64,000 bases of DNA. Source: Spirochaetia bacterium. GTDB taxonomy: Bacteria > Spirochaetota > Spirochaetia > SZUA-6 > Bin103. This document shows positions 38,509-49,451 of the stretch, piece after piece. The stretch covers positions 32,001 through 96,000 of the forward strand of contig OZ241863.1 in the NCBI GenBank assembly GCA_965203055.1, read 5' to 3'. Positions within the stretch are counted from its first letter, which is position 1, and each line of letters begins with the position of its first letter. The translations under genes were made by a program, and so were the position numbers. The notes beneath the pieces are model-generated. The model had not been told where the DNA came from and did no database searches. It saw nothing but the letters and a program-made list of their open reading frames with translations.

Positions 38509-39727
38509 GGACCAGCTCCCGGCTGTAGCCGCTGACGGTGTGGCTGGTCAAGCCCGGCACCGCCAGCTCCTCCTGCCGCGCCTGATGGGTGCTGACCAGG
38601 AACACCTCCACGTCGTAGCCGCGCCGTCTCAGCGCCAGCAGCCGGGCGCGCTGCGCCTCCCGCAGCGGCGGCGTTACCACCGCGACGCGGGTACCGTTGG
38701 CGCTCACGCCGCCGCGCTGCGCCAGCTCCACGAAGCCGGCGGCCTGCTCGCCGGGTACCGCGTTGAGGCGCGCCAACTGCTCCAGCAGGTGGGCGGCGTG
38801 GGCGAAGCCGGCGCGCACCGGCTCTACGGTGCAATCGCCGGCGCCCGCCGCGGCGCCCGCGGCGGCGGCCGGACCGGCGGCCGGGCCGACCCGCCCGGTG
38901 GCGGCCAGCCCCACCTCCTGGCCGATCCCGACGAAGTGGAACACCAGCGAGGCGGCCGTCTCGATGGCCCGTTCGATCAGGTGGGCGCGCTGCGCCAGCG
39001 GGTAGTCGTCGGCGGTCAGATTGAGCAGCACCAGCACCGGGAAGTAGATCGAGGGCACGTACTCCATCGAGTACAACGCCCCCAGACGCGCGCTGGCCTT
39101 CCAGTTGATCCGCTTCGGCTCGTCGCCGGGCTGATAGTCGCGCAGCGAGCGGTAGCGGGTAACGTCCTCGTAGAGCTTGTTGAGCACCTTGAGACTGCCG
39201 GAGGGCAGCCCGCGCTTGTGCTGCAGATCGAGGGCGAAGATATTGGGATAGACGATCACCCGCTGATGGCACGGGAGCTGGGCGCGCCAGGGGAAGAAGC
39301 CGAAGGCGTCGGTCCCTGACAGGTCCACCGGACCCAACTGAAACTCGCCCCGTTCGCGCCCCTCCAGCTCGTAGCTGAAGCTGCGTTCCTCCCACGGTCC
39401 GAGCCCGACCACGAACTGCGCCGGCTGGCGCGCCGCGAAGCTGCCGATGCGGTCGGCGACGGTGACGAAGTGGATCGGCAGCGGGGTGCGGTTGCGCACC
39501 GTCAGGGTGCAGGTGAAGGGCGCGTAGCGGTTGGCATGCAGCAGCGGTTCGCCGCGCCGCGCCGTAACGCCGGCGCGCACCACCAGGGTGTACCCCAGCG
39601 CCAGGGCGCGGATCGCCAGCAGCGCCGCGGCCAGAATGCGCATCAGCGGCGGCGGGGCAAACAGCACGACCAGCAGCAGCAGCAGCGGCACCAGGACGTC
39701 GGGGCCCCAGCGCAGGCGGAGCGTCAC
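38501..39727 (-). CDS. DUF58 domain protein
   Basis: RERGEF, DAFGFF, VIVYP, LRDYQPGDEPKRINWKASAR, ERAIETAASL. Confidence 0.88.
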   Translation of the reverse strand: MTLRLRWGPDVLVPLLLLLVVLFAPPPLMRILAAALLAIRALALGYTLVVRAGVTARRGEPLLHANRYAPFTCTLTVRNRTPLPIHFVTVADRIGSFAARQPAQFVVGLGPWEERSFSYELEGRERGEFQLGPVDLSGTDAFGFFPWRAQLPCHQRVIVYPNIFALDLQHKRGLPSGSLKVLNKLYEDVTRYRSLRDYQPGDEPKRINWKASARLGALYSMEYVPSIYFPVLVLLNLTADDYPLAQRAHLIERAIETAASLVFHFVGIGQEVGLAATGRVGPAAGPAAAAGAAAGAGDCTVEPVRAGFAHAAHLLEQLARLNAVPGEQAAGFVELAQRGGVSANGTRVAVVTPPLREAQRARLLALRRRGYDVEVFLVSTHQARQEELAVPGLTSHTVSGYSRELVRG

Positions 39728-40689
39728 CCGGCGGCCTCGCCGCTCGGCGCCAGGGAGTGGGCGGCCAGCACTTCGTTGACGATGCCGTCGATCACCGCCT
39801 CCGGCTGCACGCTGCGCAGGAGCTGCTCCGGCTTCACGCCGATCCGCTTGAGCAGGATCGGCGGCGCCAGTTCGCACACCTCCGCCGCCCCGCCGGCCTC
39901 CTTGCCGCGGATCGCGGCCAACGCCTGGGCGCCCTGGTACAGCGCCATCGAGGCGCGCGGCGAGGCGCCGTACGCCAGCCGGGCGTCGTGCCGGGTACGC
40001 TCCACCAGGTCCAGGATCAGGTCCTCGATGGCCGCCGCCACCGGCAGCGCGGCCACCTCGCGCTGCAGCCGGCGCACCGTCTCCAGATCGGTGGCCGCCG
40101 CCAGGTCGGTGACCGGGTGGGTCAGCCGCCGCTGCGCGCTCAGCATCTCCTGCTCCGCCTCCGGCGTCGGGTAGCCCATGCGCAGGGTAAGGAAGAAGCG
40201 GTCGCGCTGCGCCTCGGGCAGCGGAAAGGTGCCTTCGAATTCCACCGGATTTTCGGTAGCCAGCATGAAGAACGGGTCGGGCAGCGGCGTGGTCTCGCCT
40301 TCGACGCTGATCCGGCCCTCGGCCATCGCCTCCAGCAGCGCCGACTGGGTACGCGGCGTGGCGCGGTTGATCTCGTCCACCAGCAGGATGTTGGTCACGA
40401 TCGGCCCCTGCCGGAACTCGAACTGGCCGGTCCGGGCGTGGTACACCGAGCCGCCCAGCACGTCGCCGGGCAACAGGTCGGGCGTGCACTGGATGCGCCG
40501 GAACTCACCTCCCAGGCAGGTGGAGAGCGCCCGCGCCAGTACCGTCTTGCCGACCCCCGGCACGTCCTCCAGCAACGCGTGCCCGCGGCACAGCAGGGTC
40601 ACCAGCAGCTTCTCGACGACCTGCTCCTTGCCGTAGATCACCGTACCCGCGGCATCGATGAGAGTCCGGGCCCAGACCTGCGCCTCCAT
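39724..40689 (-). CDS. MoxR family AAA+ ATPase
   Basis: GHALLEDVPGVGKT, RIQCTPDLLP, VDEINRA, ATENPVEFEGTFPLPEAQRDRF. Confidence 0.92.
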   Translation of the reverse strand: MEAQVWARTLIDAAGTVIYGKEQVVEKLLVTLLCRGHALLEDVPGVGKTVLARALSTCLGGEFRRIQCTPDLLPGDVLGGSVYHARTGQFEFRQGPIVTNILLVDEINRATPRTQSALLEAMAEGRISVEGETTPLPDPFFMLATENPVEFEGTFPLPEAQRDRFFLTLRMGYPTPEAEQEMLSAQRRLTHPVTDLAAATDLETVRRLQREVAALPVAAAIEDLILDLVERTRHDARLAYGASPRASMALYQGAQALAAIRGKEAGGAAEVCELAPPILLKRIGVKPEQLLRSVQPEAVIDGIVNEVLAAHSLAPSGEAAG

Positions 40690-40755
40690 CCCCGCGCCTG
40701 TTGTACCACAGTCGCGGCCCGCGCGTGCGCCGGTACGAGCCGCCTTCCAGTACAT

Positions 40756-40793
40756 CCATGAAAAAACGATGGTCGGGTTATCTATTTTCATGG
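40756..40793. promoter_or_regulatory. AT-rich inverted repeat, candidate operator
   Basis: CCATGAAAA-20 bp-TTTTCATGG just upstream of the second DUF4143-type gene. Confidence 0.55.
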
Positions 40794-40806
40794 TAGAACA
40801 GAGGGC

Positions 40807-41949
40807 ATGATCCCGCGCGTCGCCCTTGGTGAAGTCAGGGACCGGCTCCGGCGCAGCCCGGTCGTCGCCATCGTCGGGCCGCGCCAGTGCGGCAAGACCA
40901 CGCTCGCCCGGCAGTTCGTTCCCGCCGGGTCGGCCGGCTACTTCGACCTGGAGGATCCGGTAAGCCTCGCGCGCCTCGATCAGCCGCACACCGCGTTGCG
41001 GGACCTTGCCGGCACGGTCGTCATCGACGAGGTGCAGCGCCGGCCCGAGCTGTTCCCGATCCTGCGGGTACTGGTGGATCGTGACGAACCGCGCGCGCGG
41101 TTCCTGGTCCTGGGCAGCGCCGGTCCCGAGCTGTTGCGCCAGTCCGCGGAATCGCTGGCCGGGCGCATCGAGTACCTGGAACTGACCGGCTTGCAGGCGG
41201 CCGAGGTCGGCGGCGCCGGCCATGACCGGCTCTGGCTCCGGGGAGGCTTCCCGCGCTCCTACCTGGCGGCCAGCGACCGCGACAGCATGGCGTGGCGGCA
41301 GGCGTTCGCGCGAACGTTCGTGGAGCGCGACCTGCCGCAGTTCGGCGCCAATCTCCCATCCCGCACCGTCACGCGTCTCCTGGTGATGCTGGCCCACTAC
41401 CACGGCCAGCTCATGAACGTTGGCGAAATCGCCTCGGCGCTGCAGATCGGTCAGGCGACGGTGCGGCGCTACCTGGACCTGTTCGAGCAGCTCTTCATGA
41501 TCCGGCAGTTGCGCCCGTGGCACGAGAACCTGGGCAAGCGGCAGGTGAAGCGCCCCAAGCTCTACCTCCGAGACTCCGGCCTCTACCATCACCTGATCGG
41601 CGTCGCGACGCAGGACGAGCTCCACACCCATCCGCGCATCGGAGCGTCATGGGAGGGGCTCATGCTCGAGAAGATCCTCTTCGAGGCGGCGCCGGAACAA
41701 GCGTACTTCTGGGCAACGCATAACGGCGCCGAACTCGATCTGTTGTTGCTGGCGCGCGGCAAGCGGGTGGGCGTGGAGATCAAGCTGGTCGATGCGCCGC
41801 GGCGCACGCGGTCCATGGTTTCGGCGCTAAGCGACTTGTCGCTGGACGCGCTCTTCGTGGTATATCCCGGCCGCACGCGGTACGCGCTCGATGACCGCAT
41901 CACCGCGCTGCCGGCGCACGAACCGTTCCCGGCGGTCCCGGCACCCTGA
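40807..41949 (+). CDS. AAA_14/DUF4143-type ATP-binding protein (paralog of 16689-17840)
   Basis: GPRQCGKTT, IDEVQ, SAESLAGR, RGGFPRSY, RPKLYLRDSG, AELDL...VEIK. Confidence 0.9.
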   Translation: MIPRVALGEVRDRLRRSPVVAIVGPRQCGKTTLARQFVPAGSAGYFDLEDPVSLARLDQPHTALRDLAGTVVIDEVQRRPELFPILRVLVDRDEPRARFLVLGSAGPELLRQSAESLAGRIEYLELTGLQAAEVGGAGHDRLWLRGGFPRSYLAASDRDSMAWRQAFARTFVERDLPQFGANLPSRTVTRLLVMLAHYHGQLMNVGEIASALQIGQATVRRYLDLFEQLFMIRQLRPWHENLGKRQVKRPKLYLRDSGLYHHLIGVATQDELHTHPRIGASWEGLMLEKILFEAAPEQAYFWATHNGAELDLLLLARGKRVGVEIKLVDAPRRTRSMVSALSDLSLDALFVVYPGRTRYALDDRITALPAHEPFPAVPAP

Positions 41950-41997
41950 CGTAGACGGCAGCGAAGCGGAGGGATACGGTGAAGAACGTGAGGGCAA

Positions 41998-42381
41998 ATG
42001 GCTGTCGATAGCGCCGCCGCGGCTCGTTGGGTCGCCGCCCGGCAGGCCCGGCGGCGCGCTGCGCTACGCCGCCGGCTGCAGTCGGCGCAACGGGACGCGG
42101 CCCGCATCATCGCCATGATCGCCGCGCACTACCGGCCGCGGCGCATCTACCAGTGGGGATCGCTGGTCCATACCGAGCGGTTCGCCGAGATCTCGGACAT
42201 CGACATAGCGGTCGAAGGGATGAACTGCGACGAGCGCCTCCTCGCGGCGATCCGGTCGCGGGCGGAAGAGATGACCGACCTGCACGTCGATCTGGTCGTG
42301 ATGGAGCGTCTCGACCCGGGGCGGGCAGACCTCATTCGCCGCTTCGGCGCGGTCGCATGGCCGGCCGGCGAGCATGCCTGA
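41998..42381 (+). CDS. Minimal nucleotidyltransferase (MNT antitoxin-like)
   Basis: IYQWGSL...SDIDIAVEG...VDLV. Confidence 0.85.
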   Translation: MAVDSAAAARWVAARQARRRAALRRRLQSAQRDAARIIAMIAAHYRPRRIYQWGSLVHTERFAEISDIDIAVEGMNCDERLLAAIRSRAEEMTDLHVDLVVMERLDPGRADLIRRFGAVAWPAGEHA

Positions 42382-42865
42382 ACGCGGCCTCGATGAGCTG
42401 ATCGCCGAGCTCGCGCAGGCCCGGCAGCGCCTGCAGGCGGTCTACGCCAAGCTCGGCAACGCGCGGGAGACCGCGCTGCCGCGCCTCGGGCGCACCGATG
42501 ACAGCGCGCTGATCGTGGCCGGCTACCTGGAAACCTACTACACCGTCCTGGAGACCTTCTTCGTCCGCGTATCCGGTTACTTCGAAAACAATCTGCCGCC
42601 GGCGCGTTGGCACACCGCTCTGTTGGAGAACATGACCCTCGAAATCGAAGGGCTGCGCGCCCGCGTCGTCGGCGATCTCAATCTGGTTCGCCTGCGCGAG
42701 CTGCTCCGATTTCGCCACTTCCGCCGCTACTACGTGGAGATGGAATACGACTGGGCGCGCATCGACTTCCTGCTCGCGACTCTGGACGCCGCCCACCCGA
42801 CCGTGCTGCGCGAGCTCGACGCGTTCGACGCGTTTCTCCGTGAGGTCCGCGGCCGCACCGCTTAG
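42374..42865 (+). CDS. HEPN-domain (HepT-like) toxin
   Basis: YYTVLETFF, WHTALL, LLRFRHFRRYY; all-helical; overlaps the MNT gene. Confidence 0.75.
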   Translation: MPERGLDELIAELAQARQRLQAVYAKLGNARETALPRLGRTDDSALIVAGYLETYYTVLETFFVRVSGYFENNLPPARWHTALLENMTLEIEGLRARVVGDLNLVRLRELLRFRHFRRYYVEMEYDWARIDFLLATLDAAHPTVLRELDAFDAFLREVRGRTA

Positions 42866-42923
42866 TTGGTTTGTTTGCGCCTTCGTTTGACACGCGGCCG
42901 ATGCGCGGCGACACTGCTGCGCC

Positions 42924-45005
42924 ATGACGCCGCTGGGGCAGCGCGTCGAACGCGCCGGCGGCGGGCTGATCCACACCCGCGAGCCGTGGAACGTCAGCGC
43001 CTTCGCCGCGCCGCAGGTCGAACTCCTCTCCATCGTGCCGTGGGGACCGGACGCCTTGCGGGTCCGGGTGACCGTCGGGCCGCGCATCCTCGACACCGCC
43101 TGGGCGCTGACCGAGCCGGTAGCCGGCAACGCGGCCGCGGTCACGGTCGGCGCCGCCGAAGCGACCGTGCGCAACGGCCGGATCTCGGCGCGGCTGACCG
43201 ACCGGGCTGCCGGGCGCGCGGACGCGCGCCTGGAGTTCTTCCGCCATCCCGGCGGCGGCGCCGAGGCCGTTCCGATTCTGGCCGAGCATGACTACGTGGT
43301 CGGGTGCCACGATCCGGGCAGCCGCATCTTCCAGCCGCGCAGCGCCGCGGGCGAAGCGGGGCTGTACTACGCCGAGCATCACTTCGCGGCGCGCGCCGGG
43401 GAGCGGCTGTACGGCATGGGGCTCAACGCTACCGGCGGGGTCGACCTGAAGGGGTGCGTCATCGACCTGTACCAGCGCCACTGCAAGCACGTCGTGCCGT
43501 TCGTGGTATCGAGCGAGGGCTACGGCCTGCTGTGGAACAACCCGTCGCTGGGGCGGGTCGAGTTCGGCAACAACATGACCCGCTGGGTGTCGCGCGGCTG
43601 CCGCCAGCTCGACTACTACGTCACCGCCGGTGACAGCTACGCCGACATCCTGGGCAACTACGCCGGGGTGACCGGCCACGCGCCGCTGCTCCCGGAGTGG
43701 GCGGCCGGCTTCTGGCAATGCAAGCTGCGCTATCGGACCCAGGAGGAGTTCCTCGCCGCGGCGCGGGAATTCAAGCGCCGCGGCCTGCCGGTAGCGGTGC
43801 TGGTGATCGACTTCCGGCACTGGCGCCACTGGGGCGACTGGAAGCTCGACCCGGAGTTCTGGCCCGACCCGGCGGCCATGGTGCGCGAGCTCGACGACCT
43901 GGGCGCGCGAATCATGATCTCCCCCTGGGTGATGATGGAAGAAAACAGCGAAAACTTCGCCGAGTTCCACCGCCGGGGCATCTACGTGCGCGGGCCTGAC
44001 GGTGCGGAAACGTGGTGGCCGGGCGATCCGCCGGGAACGACGGCGACACATCCGGCCGACCGGCCGCGCGCGCGCACGCTGCAGTACGATCCGACGCACC
44101 CCGACGCCGGACCCTTTCTGTGGGAGCGTTGGAAGCGCAACTACGTGGACCTGGGCATCAAGACGTTCTGGCTGGACCCGTGCGACGACGTCAGCCGGAT
44201 GGCCGACTACGACAAGGTGCGCTATCATGTCGGCCCCGGCATCGAGGCCAACTGCTTCTATCCGGTGGCGCATCAGAAGAACGTGTACGACGGCCTGCGC
44301 GCGGCCGGCGAGCACGAGGTGGTCACCATCTGCCGCAGCTCCTGGGCCGGTTCGCAGCGTTACGGCGCCGCGCCGGCGGCGCATGACATCCAGTCATCGT
44401 TCGCCCATCTGCGCGAGTACCTGATGGCGGGGCTGAACCTGGCCATGGCGGGGATTCCGTGGGGCGCGGCGGAAATCGGCGGCTTCGTGACGCCGCAGGC
44501 GCAGGACGACGAATTCCGCGAGCTGGTGGTGCGCTGGTACCAGTACGGCGTGTTCACGCCGATCTTCCGCACCCACGGCCACCGCGCCAACAACGAGCCG
44601 TGGAGCATCGGCGGCGGCACCTACCGCCACATCCGCGCCGCCATCATGCTGCGCGAACGGCTCCGCCCCTACGTCATGGCGCAAATGAAGGTCGCCGCCG
44701 AGCGCGGCATCCCGCCGATGCGGCCGCTGTTCTTCGACTTCCAGGACGACGCCCGCGCCGCGCGCGTCGAGGATCAATTCCTGTTCGGGCCGGACCTGCT
44801 GGTGGCGCCGATCGTCGAGTACCGGGCGCGGCAACGCCGGGTCTACCTGCCGGCGGGAGCCGAGTGGATCGACGCCGCCGGCGGCGGACGGTACGAAGGC
44901 GGCGTCACCATCGACGCGCCGGCGCCGCTCGAGCGCATCCCGGTCTTCGTGCGCGCGCCGAACCGGGAACTCGCCGACCAGTTTCAGGGCCTGAACGACC
45001 TATGA
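42924..45005 (+). CDS. Glycoside hydrolase family 31 (alpha-xylosidase-like)
   Basis: LYGMG, GFWQCKLRY, VIDF..W, FWLDPCD, EIGGF, RWYQYG, FRTHG, DQFLFGPDLLVAP. Confidence 0.92.
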   Translation: MTPLGQRVERAGGGLIHTREPWNVSAFAAPQVELLSIVPWGPDALRVRVTVGPRILDTAWALTEPVAGNAAAVTVGAAEATVRNGRISARLTDRAAGRADARLEFFRHPGGGAEAVPILAEHDYVVGCHDPGSRIFQPRSAAGEAGLYYAEHHFAARAGERLYGMGLNATGGVDLKGCVIDLYQRHCKHVVPFVVSSEGYGLLWNNPSLGRVEFGNNMTRWVSRGCRQLDYYVTAGDSYADILGNYAGVTGHAPLLPEWAAGFWQCKLRYRTQEEFLAAAREFKRRGLPVAVLVIDFRHWRHWGDWKLDPEFWPDPAAMVRELDDLGARIMISPWVMMEENSENFAEFHRRGIYVRGPDGAETWWPGDPPGTTATHPADRPRARTLQYDPTHPDAGPFLWERWKRNYVDLGIKTFWLDPCDDVSRMADYDKVRYHVGPGIEANCFYPVAHQKNVYDGLRAAGEHEVVTICRSSWAGSQRYGAAPAAHDIQSSFAHLREYLMAGLNLAMAGIPWGAAEIGGFVTPQAQDDEFRELVVRWYQYGVFTPIFRTHGHRANNEPWSIGGGTYRHIRAAIMLRERLRPYVMAQMKVAAERGIPPMRPLFFDFQDDARAARVEDQFLFGPDLLVAPIVEYRARQRRVYLPAGAEWIDAAGGGRYEGGVTIDAPAPLERIPVFVRAPNRELADQFQGLNDL

Positions 45006-45220
45006 CGCGCGCTGAGCCGGCTCTGTGGGCGGAATTCGATGCCGCGGCGCGCCGCCCGCTTGCCGTACGGTGGCGTTACTCCTTCATCCGAACCTACAAG
45101 CCGATGTTGGACGATGAGAACTACCGCTCCTTCGATTCCATGGAGGAATATCGCCAGTGGTGCGAGCGAGAGCTGCCCGACTGGCTAGGCTATGGCCGCG
45201 TTCGAGTACCGGCAAGCTGA
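45002..45220 (+). CDS. Small hypothetical protein (72 aa)
   Basis: ATGA overlap with GH31 stop; protein-like sequence YSFIRTYKPMLDD..RSFDSMEEYRQWCE..LPDWLGY; overlaps the next gene. Confidence 0.65.
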   Translation: MTRAEPALWAEFDAAARRPLAVRWRYSFIRTYKPMLDDENYRSFDSMEEYRQWCERELPDWLGYGRVRVPAS

Positions 45221-45668
45221 GGAGATACGGGACGCCCTGGAACGCCATGGCGTCCGCTACCTCTTCATAGGCAAGTCGGGCGCAATCCTTCTCGGATACC
45301 CCGACACGACTCAAGATGCCGATCTGTTCGTCGAGAAGGCCGCCGCCAACAGCCAGGCCCTGGTAACGGCTCTGCGAGAACTCGGGTTCGCGTTGACCGG
45401 CCGCCAAGCCGCGGAGATCGTCCGCGGTAAGGACTTCGTCCAACTCAAGAACGGTCCGTTCGATTTGGATCTCGTGTTCGCGCCCGACGGCATCGAGAGC
45501 TTCCAGGATGCGTTCCGGCGGCGCGTCGACGTCGAGGGGTTTCCGGTCTGCTCGCTGGACGACATCATCGCCAGCAAGGAAGCATCGAACCGGGCAAAGG
45601 ATCGCGAGACGCTGCCGCGCCTTCGATCATTCCGCGACTACCGGAGTGCCCGCTCGCGCGGAGGATAG
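45192..45668 (+). CDS. Nucleotidyltransferase-fold protein
   Basis: VRYLFIGKSGA..LGYPDTTQDADL, DLDL, LDDIIASKEASNRAKD. Confidence 0.75.
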   Translation: MAAFEYRQAEEIRDALERHGVRYLFIGKSGAILLGYPDTTQDADLFVEKAAANSQALVTALRELGFALTGRQAAEIVRGKDFVQLKNGPFDLDLVFAPDGIESFQDAFRRRVDVEGFPVCSLDDIIASKEASNRAKDRETLPRLRSFRDYRSARSRGG

Positions 45669-45688
45669 TTGCGCCGGCTTGACCGCGG

Positions 45689-46442
45689 TCAGGCCCAGCC
45701 GCGCAGGCGGTAGACCAGGAGACCGAGATATTCGCGGCACACCCGCGAGCTGCGCTGGAGGGCGGTCGCGAGGGGGAGCAGACTGGGGAGCCTGGTAGTG
45801 GCCCGCAGCCGGGCATAGTCGGCCGGAGCGGGGACGACCTCGAATCCGACCCGCCTGAAGGCGGCCTCGGCGCGCGCCATGTGCCAGGCCGAAGTGACCA
45901 GCAGCACCTGCTCGATGCCGTTCGCGGCGGCGATGGGCGCGGTGTAGGCGGCGTTTTCGCGCGTGCTGCGGCTGTTCGCTTCGAGGATGACGTCCGCGTC
46001 CGGCACGCCGAGGGCGGCGAGCAGGAGGCGGGTGGCGGACGCGGGCGATTGCCCGTGCGGAGCGCCCCGCGTGCTGCCGGCCGAAACGACGATAAACGGC
46101 GCCTTGCCGGCGTGATACAACCGCGCCGCGTGCCACACCCGATCGGCGGCGTCGTTCAACTCGGGATAGCCCCATGCCTCCGCCGCCGGGTCGAAGGAGC
46201 CGCCGAGCAGGACGATCGCGTCCGCCGCCGGAAACAATTCCACGGGCCGCGGCCGGTACGCCGCGGACACCTGGTCGAGGAGCGCGTCGGAGGTGATCGG
46301 CATCGACCAGCCCCACAGCCACGCGACGCTGAACGCCATGAGGCAGGCGGCGCGGCCGCGCCAGCCGAGCGCGAGCGCCAACAGGGCAAGCAATCCGCAT
46401 GCCACCGCCACCCCGAGCGGACTGGCCGCCTGGCCGAGAATC

Positions 46443-46459
<17 letters not shown>
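45689..46459 (-). CDS. YdcF/DUF218 family membrane protein
   Basis: AIVLLGGS, DRVW, EANSRSTRENA, LLVTSAWHMARA, REYLG. Confidence 0.9.
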
Positions 46460-47248
<789 letters not shown>

Positions 47249-47255
<7 letters not shown>

Positions 47256-48283
47256 CCGGGGCGGGCGCTCGCCTTGACGCCGGGCAGAACGCAGCGGTGA
47301 AGGAGGGGAGCAGGGCCGGGAGGGGCGGCGCCGCGCTCCTGCGCCAGCGGCGGCACCGCTTGCGTGCAGCGCGCTTCCGCCTGCGCGCAGCGCGGCGCAA
47401 ACGGGCAGCCCGGCTCCGGGCGCAGCGGATCCGGCACCGCGCCCGGAATCGCGCGCAGCGGCTGCTCGGTATAGTGCGCGCCCAACTCCAGGTGGGCGTC
47501 CAGCAGCGCCCGCAGGTAAGGGTGGCGCGGTTCCGCCAACAGCGCCGCGGCCGGGCCCTGCTCCATCACCAGGCCGCCGTACATCACCACGATGCGGTCC
47601 GCGAGCTGACCGATCAGGGCAAGATCGTGGCTGATGAACAGAATCGCCAACCGGCGCGCGGCCCGCAGCCGCCGCAGCAGCTCCACCACCTGCGCCTGCA
47701 CCGTAACGTCCAGCGCGGTGGTGGGCTCATCGGCGATCAGCACCTCCGGATCTCCCGCCAGCGCATGGGCGATCAGCACCCGCTGCAGCATGCCGCCGGA
47801 GAACTGGTGGGGAAAGCTGGCCAGGCGCCGCGCCGCCTCCGGGATGCCCACCTCTTCCAGCAGCGCCACGCAGCGCGCGCGCCGCGCCGCGCGCTCCAGC
47901 TCGGGGTGATGCGCGCGCAAGGTCTCGTTCAGCGAGCGCTCGATGGAGTAGATCGGATCGAAGGAGAGCGCCGGCTCCTGGAACACGATCCCCACCTGGC
48001 CGCCGCGCAGGCGCCGCAACGCCGCGCTGCGCATGGTCACCAAGTCCTCGCCGCGAAAGCGCAGCCGCCGCGCCGTGATCCGGGCATGCGGCGGCAGCAG
48101 CCGCAGCAGCGCCAGCGCGGTGACGCTCTTGCCCGAGCCGCTCTCGCCGACCAGTCCCACCACCTCCCCGGCGTGGAGCTCCAGATCGACGCCGCGCACC
48201 GCCTGCAGCAGCCCGCGGTCGGTGGCGAAGCTCACCGTCAGTTGCGCCGCCTGGTACAGCGGCCGGGCGCCGCGCTCAGCCAC
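47249..48283 (-). CDS. ABC ATP-binding protein (OppD-like)
   Basis: GESGSGKS, FSGGMLQR, IADEPTT, GCPFAPRC. Confidence 0.9.
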
Positions 48284-49421
48284 GCACCGGCTCCCGGCGA
48301 TGCGGGTCGAGCACGTCGCGCAGCAGGTCCCCGAGGAAGCTGAACGCCAACGTCACCAGCAGCAGCGCCAGGCCGGGATAGAGGAACCACGGAAAGCTGC
48401 GCAGATTGCTCAGCGAGATCACGTCCCGCCGCAGCATCGAGCCCCAGCTCACCGCCGGGTCCGCGATTCCCAGGCCGAGGAAGGAAAGCGCGGTCTCCGC
48501 CAGGATGAAGCCCGGAATGCCCAGCGCGGCGTTGACGATCAGGATCGAGGCCATCTGCGGCACGATCTGGGTGAAGATGATCACCAGCGGCGGGATCCCC
48601 TGCAGTTGCGCGGCGGCGACGAAGTCCTCGGTCTTGATGCTGTGCACCATCCCCCGGATCAGCCGCGCGGTCCCGGGCCAGCCCACGACCGACAGAATGA
48701 CGGTGATGAGGAAGAACGACCGGGCGGGGTCCCACTCGTAGGACAGGATGGAACGCAGGAACAGGATCATGTAGAGGCTGGGAATGAGGATGAAGAACTC
48801 GGCGACGCGCATGATGGTCCAGTCGACGGCGCCGCCGTAGTAGCCGGCCAAGCCGCCCAGGATGATCGCCAGGGTCAGCGAGATCGCTATGGCAATGAAG
48901 CCGATCGTCAGCGAGATGCGCGAGCCGTACAGGATGCGCGACAGGATGTCGCGTCCCAGGTGGTCGGACCCCAACAGGAACACCGGGTAGGCTTGGCCGC
49001 CGCCGCGCCACGGGTCCGCGTCCGCCGCGGTCGCCGCGCCGGCGGCAGCGCCCTCCTCCGCGGCGCGGTACGGCGCCTCGGTCCCGAACAGATGCGCCCG
49101 CATCGGCACCAGCCCCCACAGCCGGTACTCCGGCCCCGGCGCCAGCAACCGCACCCGATAGTGCTGGCCGCGGATGCGCGCGTAGCGCCGCGTCACCTCG
49201 TCCACCAGCACCCGGCGCTGCACCTGCGGTCCGAATCCCAACTCGGCCGAGTAGAAGCTCAGGGAGGGTGGTTGGTGGGTATGGAAGCGGAACGCGGTGG
49301 TCGGGAGGTAGGGCGCCAGGAACTCCGCCAGCAGCATCGCGCCGTAGAGCAGCGCCAGCACCAGCGCCGAGGCGGCCGCCACCGGCCGCTGGCGCAGCCG
49401 GCGCCACAACGCGGCCCTCAC
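48276..49421 (-). CDS. ABC permease (OppC-like)
   Basis: [35 protein letters not shown]. Confidence 0.9.
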   Translation of the reverse strand: MRAALWRRLRQRPVAAASALVLALLYGAMLLAEFLAPYLPTTAFRFHTHQPPSLSFYSAELGFGPQVQRRVLVDEVTRRYARIRGQHYRVRLLAPGPEYRLWGLVPMRAHLFGTEAPYRAAEEGAAAGAATAADADPWRGGGQAYPVFLLGSDHLGRDILSRILYGSRISLTIGFIAIAISLTLAIILGGLAGYYGGAVDWTIMRVAEFFILIPSLYMILFLRSILSYEWDPARSFFLITVILSVVGWPGTARLIRGMVHSIKTEDFVAAAQLQGIPPLVIIFTQIVPQMASILIVNAALGIPGFILAETALSFLGLGIADPAVSWGSMLRRDVISLSNLRSFPWFLYPGLALLLVTLAFSFLGDLLRDVLDPHRREPVRG

Positions 49422-49451
49422 CGGCGTCCGGCGGGCGGCTCTGCCTTGCTA

